Position numbers and translations under genes: made by a program. 64,000 nt of DNA from contig OZ024742.1 of the NCBI GenBank assembly GCA_964016885.1, positions 40,486,001 through 40,550,000 of the forward strand. The letters run 5' to 3'. The DNA is from Eledone cirrhosa (taxonomy: Eukaryota). Each line of letters starts with the position of its first letter. Within the stretch, counting starts at the first letter, position 1. A model generated the notes under the pieces. That model did no database searches. It saw nothing but the letters and a program-made list of their open reading frames with translations, and was not told the origin of the DNA. This document shows positions 13,301-26,082 of this stretch, one piece after another.

Positions 13301-15577
13301 ACAACTCCACCACACCACACACAACTCCACCACACACAACTCCACCACACCACACACAACTCCACCACACCACACACAACTCCACCACACCACACACACA
13401 ACTCCACCACACCACACACAACTCCACCACATGACACACAACTCCACCACACCACACACAACTCCACCACACCACACACAACTCCACCACACCACACACA
13501 ACTCTACCGCACCACATACAACTCCACCACACCGCACACAACTCCACCACACCACACACAATTCCACCACACCGCACACAACTCCTCCACACCACATACA
13601 ACTCCACCACACCACAGATAACTCCACCACACCACACACAACTCCACCACACCGCACACAACTCCACCACACCACACACAACTCCACCACACCGCACACA
13701 ACTCCACCACACCACACACACAACTCCACCACACTGCACACAACTCCACCACACCACACACAATTCCACCACACAACACACGACTCCACCACACCACACA
13801 CAACTCCACCACACCACACACAACTCCACCACACCACACACAACTCCACCACACCACACACAACTCCACCACACCACACACAACTCTACCGCACCACATA
13901 CAACTCCACCACACCGCACACAACTCCACCACACCACACACAATTCCACCACACCGCACACAACTCCTCCACACCACATACAACTCCACCACACCACACA
14001 CAACTCCACCACACCACACACAACTCCACCACACCACACGCAACTCCACCACACCACAAACAACTCCACCACACCACAAACAACTCCACCACACCACACA
14101 CAACTCCACCACACCACACACAACTCCACCACACCACATACAACTCCACCACACCACACACAACTCCACCACACCACACACAACTCCACCACACCACATA
14201 CAACTCCACCACATGACACACAACTCCACCACACCACACACAACTCCACCACACACAACTCCACCACACCGCACACAACTCCTCCACACCACATACAACT
14301 CCACCACACCACAGATAACTCCACCACACGACACACAATTCCACCACACCACATACAACTCCACCACACCACATACAACTCCACCACATGACACACAACT
14401 CCACCACACCACACACAACTCCACCACACCGCACACAACTCCTCCACACCACATACAACTCCACCACACCACAGATAACTCCACCACACCACACACAACT
14501 CCACCACACCACATACAACTCCACCACATGACACACAACTCCACCACACCACACACAACTCCACCACACCACACACAACTCCACCACACCACACACAACT
14601 CCTCCACACCACATACAACTCCACCACACCACAGATAACTCCACCACACCACACACAACTCCACCACACCGCACACAACTCCTCCACACCACACACAACT
14701 CCACCACACCACACACAACTCCACCACACCACACCCAATTCCACCACACTACACACAACTCCACCACACCACACACAACTCCTCCACACCACAGATAACT
14801 CCACCACACCACACACAACTCCACCACACCACACCCAATTCCACCACACTACACACAACTCCACCACACCGCACACAACTCCTCCACACCACACACAACT
14901 CCACCACACCACACACAACTCCTCCACACCACACCCAATTCCACCACACTACACACAACTCCACCACACCACACACAACTCCACCACACCATACACAACT
15001 CCACCACACCACACACAACTCCACCACACCACACACAACTCCACCACACAACACACAACTCCACCACACCACACCACACACAACTCCACCACACCACACC
15101 CAATTCCACCACACAACACACAACTCCACCACACCACACACAACTCCACCACACCACACACAACTCCACCACACCACACACAACTCCTTCACACCACACA
15201 CAACTCCACCACACCACACCACAAACAACTCCACCACACCACACACAACTCCACCACACCACATACTACTCCACCACACCACAAACAACTCCACCACGCT
15301 ACACCACAAACAACTCCACCACACCACACACAACTCCACCACACCACACACAACTCCACCACACCACACACAACTCCTCCACACCACACACAACTCCTCC
15401 ACACCACACACAACTCCACCACACCACACCACAAACAACTCCACCACATCACACACAACTCCACCACACCACACACAACTCCACCATACCACATACAACT
15501 CCACCACACCACACCCAACTCCACCACACCACACCCAATTCCACCATACCACACCACACACAACTCCACCACACCAC
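10307..15577. repeat. ~5.3-kb minisatellite with a 20-bp unit, (CCACCACACCACACACAACT)n
   Basis: Tandem 20-mers with recurrent variants (acatac, acatga, gcacac, caattc) and occasional short indels. Confidence 0.97.
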
Positions 15578-16029
15578 TCAAGACATTGTGTCTGTGCTTA
15601 TGGCCTGTAACTTAGTGGTTTGACAAAAAAAGAGATCGCTATTTATTTATTTATTCATTCAATTTAAACGTCCGTATAGAGATAGTAAACCATGGCAAAC
15701 TAGAGAAAGTATTGAGTACTCCTTACATAAGGTAATCACAGAGAGCTAGTGAGACAAATAATAAAAGAAATTAATTAAAAAAGAGGGAATAAAATAAAAT
15801 AAAATAAAATTTCAAATATTGAAGGCCAAGGGAGGCAGATTATGGATAAGAAAGCATAAAAGGAAAGGAAGATGGGAAATAAGGGAAGCTGTAAAACAGA
15901 AGTTTCTGTTGTTGAAAAATAAATGCCAAACTTGCAAAATATAAGTACTGAAATCAATATGATTGACTAAATAAAGGTGCTGTCCCGGCATGACTGATGT
16001 CTAATAACTGAAAAGAATCAAAGAATAAA

Positions 16030-16250
16030 CAAGGTGACCACAAAAACACTCCTTGATTTCAAATACTTATAATATCAAAACTATAATATCAAAAATGAAT
16101 ATTTTTACAATATTGGTGGCCACAGTTGCATAAACTAACAAAGTTTCTTTCCTCATTTGCAGAATTGACTTGATCTGCTAGATGGCAGTGTAATTCAACA
16201 TGGCATTCACTCCACAATGACATAGCTAGTGTATTTTTGTGGTCACCCTG
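16030..16250. mobile_element. Tc1/mariner-type MITE
   Basis: Imperfect TIRs CAAGGTGACCACAAAAACACT / AGTGTATTTTTGTGGTCACCCTG, with TA after the right end. Confidence 0.65.
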
Positions 16251-17404
16251 TATATATCATAATTATTTAACATCCACTTTGCCTTTCATCCTTACGGGGT
16301 CGATAAAATAAAGTACCAGTAATGCATTGGGTAATTGCTGGCCTTGTGCCAAAAGTAGAAACAATTATTTAACATCCACTTTCACTGTTGGCAAGGGCTG
16401 GATGATGTATATAGGCAATTTTCCAGCATGGCTGTAGTCTAATGACTCTAATCAGTAAAAGGATAATAATTGTTTCTACATATGGCACAAGGCCAGAAAT
16501 TTGAAGGGAAAAGGAAAGTCAACTAAATCGACTCCAGTGTGTTACTGAGGCAAAGCTAACCTTGGCAGGATTTGAACTCAGCTTGTCCCACAGGTACAAG
16601 CTGAAGCTGAAGCAAGTAGACAATATTCCCCCACGCCCCTCCTGCTGCAAAGTTGTCATGTAGGTCACACGACAAAAAGCACCCAGTTCACACTGTAAAG
16701 GGGTCATGTAGGCGCCACGGTAAAAAAAGCACCCAGTATCCACTGTAAATGAGGTTGGTGTTAGGAAGAGCATCCAGCTGCAGAAACTGAGCCAAAATCA
16801 GTTCTGTATGAGCAAGATATGGTTCCCTGACTTGGCCTTGCCTACAACAGGACAGCTCATCTAACCCATGCTAGCGTGGAGACATCGATATAAAATGGTG
16901 TTGGTGATGAACGTAAAGGGCCGTAACTAAATACTGCAAAGCATTTTATCCGACACTCTACCGATTATGCCAATCCACTGCCTTCAATAAAAGGATAATA
17001 ACAATGCTTGAGCTGAGGCATATATCTAATAGGCAACATCTTCCTCTACCATCTCCCCTCCCATACACCTCCCTTGATATAACCATCCCTCCCCTATTAC
17101 CTACATCCTCAATTTTCCCAAGATTCTTCCCTCACCCTCCCTAATTCCCATCCCACACCATGAATGGTCCCTCTGGAGCTATGACTAAAGTGCTGAGCCC
17201 TTACTGTATAGTGGTCATGTATGTGTCAAGACAAAAGAACCCAGCCCACATCATAATGTGGTTGGCATTAGGAAGGGCATCCAGCTGTAGAAATCAATCC
17301 AGAATCAGTTCTGTGTGAGCGAAACACAGTCCCCTCACCTGATCTCTCCCAAAGGGTCAGCCCATCCTACCCATTCTAGCATGGAAAATGGACGTTAAAC
17401 AATA

Positions 17405-17435
<31 letters not shown>

Positions 17436-17860
17436 GGTATTTTGGTGTACCATGACGCAAGAAGTCCACTGGATGATGGATTATTTTACATTTATAACCA
17501 GTTGTGTCTCCACAAGAAGACTAAATTCTTGGTTTTTAACAATGAATTTATATTCTAATGCTCTGACTTTTGCCAATACAGTCCACATCTAGTCTATTTG
17601 AATTTCAAAAGATTTATTTTCATATCTTATGAATATTCTAGATTGCGCTAGACAGCAACAACAGACAGGATCTTACTTGTTCAATAACAAACAAAACAAA
17701 GACTTTTCAATCTGCATAAAAAAATAGAAAAATGAAATGGACAAAATTACAGAGACCACTCTCCATAAATACATAAATATTAAGTTTTCTCTTTCAAGCA
17801 TATATGTATATAAATATACATTTATATTTAAATTCATGTAATACATCTCTCTCTCTTTCT

Positions 17861-17913
<53 letters not shown>

Positions 17914-18439
17914 GGAGGTGAGTTTTATTGTAGGACAATATATATAGAAAGAGAGAGAGAGAGAAAAGAGAAAGATATAGTGGGTGTATGATTATATTTA
18001 TACATGATATATGTATATATATATATATATATATAATTTAAATATTCAAATATATCAGGTATAAATATTTCATACATACATACATGCATACACATCTGTT
18101 ATTAGACAATTAAAAAAAGCACTGATTTGAGACAAAAAGATAAGCAGGCCAATATTTATTTATATATGTAGACTTACACATCTATAAATCATATACCTTC
18201 ATGTGTGTATGTGCATGTGTCTATATATATATGTGTATGCACGTGTCTATATATATATGTGTGCGTGTGTATAGATAGATAGATAGATATATACAACAGT
18301 CCTATATGAGCGAGACAAGATCACCCGACCCAACTTGCCACAAATGGGACCAATCCGTCTAACCCATGCTAGCGTGGAAAGTAGATGTTAAACAATGATG
18401 ATACATATATATAATATATACAATGTAAATATATATATC

Positions 18440-18486
18440 TACTCCGATGATTCCAGCCTTGTGTTAGGATGAAACAATCGTAAGTG
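18440..18486 (+). ncRNA. Decayed minimal hammerhead-like motif in a short Penelope-like 3' fragment
   Basis: UACU-CCGAUGA-(stem II uUCC..GGAu)-GAAA-CAAUCG-UA-AGUG. The fragment is flanked by (TA)n on both sides. Confidence 0.45.
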
Positions 18487-18555
18487 ATTAAATGTTTTAA
18501 ACACTCTTTGATTGTCATTTACATTGTATTTCGGCTATATATATATGTTCTAACT

Positions 18556-19383
18556 AAAAATGAAAGGCAGGCTGTATGATGCCTGCATACGAACAGCAAT
18601 GTTGCATGGCAGTGAGACCTGGGCATTGTGTGCAGAGAATATACGCAGACTGGAGAGGAACGAAGCTTGCATGCTCCGCTGGATGTGTAATAGTAATATA
18701 CGTGAACGGCAAAGCATAAACGAACTAAGGGAGAAATTAGGAATAAGTGGGATCAGATGTTGTTTACTCGAGAGAAAACTACGTTGGTATGGTCACGTGA
18801 TGCGCATGAAAGACGACAGCTGTATAAAAAAGTGCAGGGCGATAAAAATAGACGGTAGCCACGGAGTAGGCAGACCCAGAAAAACCTGGGACGACCTGAT
18901 AAACTCCGACCTCACACACTTACACCTCTCCAAGACAATGTCACTGGACCGAGATCTTTGGCGGCACTCAGTAATACAGAAGACACCGCCTTGCCTAAGT
19001 ACAGAGCGAAACCTACAGTCAGTAGGCACCTCTAACAAAATACACCCCATCCCACTACCCCCACCCCATCCACACCACCCCTTCCAATGTAAAGTTATGT
19101 TGGTACCACAACATCCAGTCCGAAACAAATGAGGTCGTGTAGGTGTCATGACAAAAAAACACACAGTCCACGCTGTAATGTGGCCGTGTAGGTAAGACAG
19201 TAAAAACCTCCCAGTCCACACTGTAAACGTGGTTGGTGTTAGGAAGGGCATCCAGCCATAGAAAACCCTCCAGACAGTCCTATACGAGCAAGACAACCAA
19301 TCTTGCCTCAAGTGGGAAAATTCCCGTCCAAACCCATGCTAGCGTGGAACATGGACGTTAAACGATGATGATGATGATGATGA
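18556..19383 (+). mobile_element. RTE-clade LINE 3' fragment with 3'UTR and (GAT)n tail
   Basis: ORF 18560-19132 (MKGRLYDACIRTAMLHGSETW...RLERNE...WYGHVMRM) is nearly identical to the C-terminus of the 572-aa RTE ORF. Confidence 0.92.
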
Positions 19384-19400
19384 TATATATATATATATAT

Positions 19401-19670
19401 ATATATATGAATGTATATATAGTGTATTTGGTAATACACTGTATGCTTAATTAAAAGCACTTTGAAGACCTGACACTATTGTTTTAAAGTAGTGACTATG
19501 TCACTTACTTCTTTTTTCAACAAACAAAGGGAGATAAGCTGACACATCTCTGTTTCATACTATTGGTATTCCTCAGAGCTTAGCACTCCCTTTGTTTGTT
19601 GGTCTTCAAAATGCTTTTAATTAAGCATACAGTGTATTGCCAAATACACTATATATACATTCATATATAT
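19401..19670. repeat. Long fold-back inverted repeat enclosing a hammerhead ribozyme
   Basis: 19401-19470 is the reverse complement of 19601-19670 with 2 mismatches. The inner arms 19518-19533/19586-19601 are perfect. Confidence 0.9.
19518..19601 (-). ncRNA. Canonical type I hammerhead ribozyme
   Basis: Minus strand: UAAGCU-CUGAGGA(19576-19570)-AUAC caaua GUAU-GAA-ACA gagaug UGU-C^AGCUUA. Stem I is extended by a perfect 16-bp helix after an internal loop. All core nucleotides are canonical; cleavage is predicted between 19541 and 19540. Confidence 0.88.
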
Positions 19671-20833
19671 ATCGCTATTTCAGAGCACCAATTCGAATTT
19701 TCAATTTTTGCTGGACTGGCAACCGCTCTGTATAATCAGTTCCTGATTATTACTGGAATTCTATAAGAATCCAACACACATAATTTTCAACAAAATAGGT
19801 AATCATTGAGGAGATCTTAGAATGTGTGATGAAAGAACTTTGACATACAAATGAATAATGAACAATAAAGATTTTCCGAATGATTTGAAAGTTACAGGCA
19901 GTGTCTTTCATTAGAAATATGATAACAAAAGGGTTAAGGCACTCAAGGGCCAAGTAGATTAGATGGGATTTGAACTTAGACAACAAAGAGCTGAAACAAA
20001 CGCCAATACGCCAATGCGCCAATGCACCAATGCCCTGCCAATGCTTCAACGACTCAGTCTACTAATTCAGACTGGCACTTTATTTATCAACCCCAAACGG
20101 CTGAGAGGAAAAATTAACCTCAGTCAGGTTTGATCTCATAATGTAAGAAGCCAGAATAAATGTGTGTATTTAGATGCATTCTTATCTAATAATGTTATCT
20201 GTACATGTCTATTCATACATACACTATCAGGCACATATACATATATCTACATATATATATACATACACCCCATAAACATATATACACACACCAAAACACA
20301 CAAGTACACGCACACACACATACCCAGAAACATTCACACACACATATATACACACACACACAGATAAACATATATATATATATATACATACATTCCAATT
20401 GGAGGTTAAAAAACAAAATGAACATGCCATATGAATTATCAGTGATAGGAGAGTGATGTAGTAGTGAGTAGGTTACATGTCAAATCAATAGAATACAACT
20501 CATGTGAATATCACAACTAAATAACTTACTATCACTAACATCATCCCCATTACCATCATCATCCTCATCGCAACTATATGTCCAACCGTCAATATCATTA
20601 TCATTACCATCATCGTCTTCATCACATCTATTGGTCCAACTATTTGCACCATCATCTTTATCACCCTCACAACCATCTCTATCATTGCCAACAACAAAAC
20701 CTACCCTCACCACTATCAAAGTTTGCCAGCATCTACTCTTTACACCACAATAGTGACCCCCTTCAGCAACAAGCTAAAGAGGAAAATTTCTACATATTTA
20801 TCTCTCCTGTTAGAAAGAGTAGCCAAATTTCCC

Positions 20834-21062
20834 TTAACCCTTTAGCATGTAAACTGGCCATATCTGGCCAGAATTCTATCACCTCTTTCTGTTCAAACTG
20901 GCCGTAACCAGCTCCTTATACTGATGTTAAGGTATTGTTCTCAAAATAAATAACAACAAAATCTCATAGATTCAATATTATGTGAAATAATTATGTGAGA
21001 TAACACCTTTACTGTGAAAATACAATAGTATATATAGAGTAATGTGAATTCTAAAGGGTTAA
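20834..21062. mobile_element. piggyBac-like MITE (TTAA TSD)
   Basis: TTAACCCTTTAGC...CTAAAGGGTTAA; homologous to 7484-7712. Confidence 0.8.
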
Positions 21063-22179
21063 ATAAGGGCCTGTCTTCTTAAAAGGAGAAATACCACATA
21101 GGATAATGCAGTCTTATATAGATTATATATGATAATATGATGAGATGGTCACAACTGAAAATAAAATCTTCTTTGTAAATAAGTTTGCTTTCTGAGAGCT
21201 GACCTTCGGCTAAACAACCACAACTTATCATCACTATCACTATCAACAGCAACAACCCATTAGCATCATTGCCCATCATCATCTTCGTTTAAAGACCATT
21301 TTTCATACTAGCATGGGTTAGATGTGTTGTCCCATTAGAGGCAAGTTGGGTCAGGTGGCCATGTCTTGCTCATATAGGACTGTTTCTGGCTAGATTTCTA
21401 CTGTTGGATGCCAACCACGTTTATAGTCGTGATACCTACACAAACACTTTGCAGTGTGGGCTGGATATTTTTGTGATACTAACATAACTTTACAGTGTAA
21501 GGGTGGTGTGGACAGAAGTGGGAGGGTGGTGTAGGGGTGTGGGGGAATGTATGGGAGGTATAGTGGAATAAGTGGTTAAGAGGTGCCGACTATCAATAAA
21601 AACAATACAATGATAGTGTTTACAACTTGCATGGCCTGTCTTTCCAGAATACAAGTAAGTAATCATTTCAGTAAGTAAAAATCTAATGAAAAATAACTAT
21701 GAAATGAGAATAAGACAACCTTGACCCCAATGATTAATATTTTAATAATTTTGGCAAATATGGGAAACCACTGGATGTGAAGTATTGATGAGAGAATCAG
21801 TAAACATGTATAATATTGTTTTGTTTTTGTTTTTACTGTTTAATTCTTATGAGTGTTTACTGGATTTCTAAAAAAAAGTGTGTGTGAGAGAGGAAGGTTT
21901 CCTTGAATCGGAGATCTACCCCCACCCCCAATGCTTGCAACAGAGTGGACTTCACTAAAGCACTCAAAGGCCAGGAAATGATATTAAACTGGGTGATAAA
22001 TTAAGTATACCAACCAAAATAAGTCTATGTGTAGGCATGGAAAATTAATATATTTTAAAGGATAAATCACAGAAGGAAATTTACTTAGCAACACAATCTG
22101 CATAATAGTTAAGTTAGTGTTAATGCTACTTCTCCAAATTGAGAAATCACAGCTCTGATACTATGGGTATGGGGCTAGA

Positions 22180-22418
22180 ATGTCTCAGGAAAGAATCGCT
22201 GGACAGATTTTATGGGCAAAACTAACCACCAGGAGACCCAGGAGTAGACCCCAAGCAAGATGATTGGATAACAGCCATGAGCTTGGCTGGTCACGCTTGG
22301 GGATCCAGCTGGATCAATTGGAAATAATTGCTTTTACAAGACCCACTGGAAGGAGTGTTTGAGGAATCTGCCCCCAAAATCCTCTCAGAAATAAGTGGGC
22401 AAAGAAGGAAAAGAAGAA
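22180..22418 (+). mobile_element. Degenerate RTE (Expander/Rex3-like) LINE 3' end
   Basis: Translates to RRPRSRPQAR*LDNSHELGWSRLGI, resembling the RPRGRPRTRW..LAWSRLGI-type C-terminus of this group. Confidence 0.5.
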
Positions 22419-23869
22419 TAAAGTTTTGTATCACAGAACCGGAGCTGGATTCAAGCAGTATGGTTTCAAAATATCATTTTTAGGCAGAATCAATGTGACA
22501 TGATGTGACGAGGTTAGGGTTTTGAATTACAGGTAAAATGTCCAATTACACTCACAGGCTTGGGTCAACCCAAGACAATGTTAAAAGACAATTGCTGGAG
22601 ATGCTACACAAGGAGATCAAACCCAGAGCTTTATGATGATAGAAGTAAACTTCTAAATTATTCAGCTATGCTTGTGTCCTCTAGAGTAATACTTTAGACT
22701 GAATTCAAATAAACAACAGTATAGATTATTCAACGACATGCTCTTCTTTTTTAACAAAATTGATCATATGCCTATTCAAAAGAAACTAATATGTCTTGAT
22801 GCCTTATATTACCGCAAGAGAAGAACATGATATTTTGATTATCTTGAAATAATCACAGGAATCAAAGAGAATGTGTAATAAAGTCGCGACAGCATCAGTC
22901 TGCTTGAAATGTTGTATTGACATGAAAATATTCACTCAAATGTCTTACAAAGAATTTATACAACATAAACTTGTTTTTTTTTTAGCTATCTACTGCATGA
23001 AACAATGTGCAAAAGAAAAAAATGAATGGTGTGTTGGTTTCTCCCAAGATCATTTATCTTAAAAGAGAGATATGAGAATTTGTTTTTAATTAAATTCTTC
23101 ATGTAACAAGATACAAAAATCACCAAAAAACTTCATTTCTTTTTTGTGTCAAGGTGTTGCTGTAATTTTGAAGGAGAATAAAGAACATTAGTTCTACTTA
23201 AAGCGAAATATATAACATACTGCTGGGTGTGGATATTAGAAATAACTTTAGATAATTAACTATGAAGTCGCATGCAACCAGTGACAAATTAACTATGGTT
23301 GAATATGATGTTGTACTAATATTTCTTTAAAATACTACATTATGCTATTCTTTCCTTTTTGTAACAAGAACTCAACACTTTGCAACCATATTTCTAATGA
23401 AATACAATTAATTAACCAAAGATAATTTTGTGTGGTTTGGTATCAAAAGGGTTAAAATATGCTCATTAGTTTGATAACTGTCAATGCAAAGCTGTCAATA
23501 TTTGAATTGGCATTCTATACAATGCATTTTGGCTTTTTAAGATAATATTGATTTCTTACATAAGCACAAGGCTTCAAATTTGGTTAAAATAAAATAACAT
23601 TAGTTGTATCAATCCCAGTACTGGGAAGAAATACTGCAAAACATTCTATCAGATGCACTAATCACTACCAATTCAGCATTGTTCTTTACACAGGTTAACA
23701 AGAGATGCATTCAGGCTTTAGGTAGAGGGGCCTGTTCGAAAAATATATTGCAGTCTCAATATCATGCTATAAAAACTGGTGAAGGGCCTGCAATCTCTCC
23801 TGGTAGGTGTTGGATAAATGCACAAAGATTGTGTGATTGTGTGTCTCGAGACCCCAAAGTGAGTTTGAA

Positions 23870-25315
23870 AGAAAGCAAACTGTAAACATTTGAACCTGGA
23901 ACATTACAACCCTTACAGGTAAGGAGCAGCAACTAGTGGAGGTGGCTAGATGCTACCAGCTAGATAAAGTCAGGGTTTCCTCAACAAAGTTCCATGGCTC
24001 TGATACTGTAGATTTTGATGGAAGATGAAAACTCTACTATTCAGGTGTGGTGTCATAAATGACTGCTTGGGTGAGATTGGGGATACTCACAAGCCCCCGG
24101 CTGTCAGAATGTGTTATGGACTTGATCCCATTAAGAGGGAGTATTTGCTTCTTGAAGCTTCGGCTGAAAGATAAGTCTCTGTGGGTGGTGCAAGTTTATG
24201 TACCAAACAAAGTGTCTGAATACAGATCCTTCCTTGATGAAGTCACTTCAGCATTAGATGTAGTTAAGACTGAGTCATATATCCTGATAGAAGACTTCAA
24301 TGTACATGTTGGCAGTACCACCAGACACGGAAAAGAGTGATTGGAAGGAACAGCGATCCCAATCTAAATATGACTGGAGAGGCCTTATTAGACTTCTGTT
24401 CTAGAAATGGGTTCTCTATTGTGAACACTTTCTTCTAGCAAAAAGACATACATGGTATAAGGTGAATCAAGGACAGGGATCAATAACTAATTTTATTATT
24501 GTCTTTAATCTCTTTGATTCTGTGCCGGATGTTCATGTTAAGAGAGGGGCTGAGATATCAACTGACCACCATCTAGTTATCTGCAACTTGAGACTATCTC
24601 AAACCAAGTGAGCCCACAAAACTGGCAGGTCCAGGTTGACTTACAGGATAAAGTGGGAAGCACTGGCAGCTAAAGAAGTCAGGACCAGGTATGCAGATCC
24701 TATTGCATCCTGAGCAAACTGGAGGCATTAAAATGAAGTGGAAACTGGGGAGGATGAAATTTGACCCAAGATGTTAAAAGCCTTAAATAGAAAAGATATT
24801 CTCTGGTTGACTCATGTGTACTGAGTGGCCTGGAAAGGCACCTATGCAATGGCAATTGGGGTGATAATCCCAATTTTCAAACAAAGAGGCAACAGAGATT
24901 GCTTCAATTACAGCGGTATCTCCTTGTTAAGCCTCCCCAGTAAAGTCTATACTAAGTGTCTGACAAAGAAATGTAAGGAGATTGTCAAATCCAGGTTAAT
25001 TGATGAACAGTGTGATTTTTACCCCAGATGCAGCACAGCTGACCAAATATTCACACTTGTGGCAGGTCTTTAAGAAATCATGGAAGTAGTACCAAGAGGT
25101 GAATGCATGCTTTGTAAACCTTGAAAAGGCATATGACCATATTCCACAGAACCTGCTGCAGAAGGTTCTGCTGCTTTTTGTTGCCCTGATGTCTCTATAC
25201 AAACACCTGAGTATTTGTGCTCAGATAAATGGGGCTCAATCGAAACCATTCAATGTGGGAGTTGGACTCTGTTAAGGGTGCATACTGTCACTTCTGTTTA
25301 TAATCTTCATGAACT
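23870..25315 (+). pseudogene. Old RTE-clade LINE remnant: AP endonuclease plus partial RT, internally deleted, with many stops
   Basis: Motifs TWNITTLTGKEQQLV, VQVYVPN, EDFNVHVG, STDHHLV, IIPIFK..NYSGISLLS, FVNLEKAYD. Confidence 0.8.
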
Positions 25316-25525
25316 CTAACCAGTTACATTTAGCTTGACTCTTGGATCGATTTGCTCATCAGACACAAATATTCCAATTCTAATCTTCATTGCATCTGAC
25401 AGGCAAATCGATCCTTGAGTTGAGCTGAATGCAGCCAATTAAAGTTGCAAGCTGGTCGTTCATTTAAAAAAAGGTTACGCATGATTACAAATAAGATATT
25501 TTCAACCAAATCTTTGATCTCTCTT

Positions 25526-25556
<31 letters not shown>

Positions 25557-25674
25557 AATACACACATGCACACACATATGTAAAATGTAATCAGAAATAA
25601 CAAAAGTAACAAAACAAATAGCACAGTATATGGAAGAAATATATTAGGGTTATGCTTAAAATAGAAGGAAGAAA

Positions 25675-25710
25675 GTCTTAACGTTTCAGACACTAGTCCT
25701 TCATCAGAGT
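25675..25710 (-). ncRNA. Minimal hammerhead motif in a Penelope-like 3'-end fragment (~25570-25785)
   Basis: Minus strand: aacu-CUGAUGA-AGGACUAGUGUCU-GAAA-CGU-UA^AG, with palindromic AACGUU at stem III. Stem I is only 2 bp. Confidence 0.5.
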
Positions 25711-25799
25711 TAGAAATAGAAGATGAATAGACAGTAAAGAGTGGTGAGAGGAAGCAACAGGGAAAATGAGAAAAGAAAAACAATATATATATATCATTT

Positions 25800-26082
25800 C
25801 ATCATCATCATTTCATTTTACGTCCGCCTTTTCCTTGCTTGCAAGGGTGGGACGGGAACTGATTCTGGCTTGATTTCTACAGCTGGGTGCTTTTTTGCCG
25901 TGGCACCTCCATGACCACTTTGCAGTGGAGTGATATGGACCCCAGTCCCTATCATCTCATTTCTACAGCTGAGTAAACTGGAGCAATGTGAAATAAAGTG
26001 TCTTGCTCAAGGAAACAACACATCATCCGGTCTGAGAATTGAACTCACAACCTTTCAATTGCAAGGCCAATGCTCTAACCAC
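25800..26082 (-). mobile_element. tRNA-derived SINE with an RTE-derived 3' tail
   Basis: The minus-strand head is GGTTAGAGCATTGGCCTTGCAA..GAGTTCAATTCTC and the 3' end matches the RTE tail. A second copy is at 34315-34638. Confidence 0.7.

Noticed and set aside
10229-15581. Very long His/Thr/Pro-rich and Cys/Val/Trp-rich ORFs (up to 981 aa)
   Set aside because: They are translations of the 20-bp minisatellite, open in several frames on both strands because the unit lacks stops.
10263-15595. CAAGACATTGT(A/G)TCTGT on both sides of the minisatellite as a possible target-site duplication
   Set aside because: The left copy is inside a SINE head, ~28 bp before the array, and the right copy adjoins other SINE-like sequence; probably coincidental.
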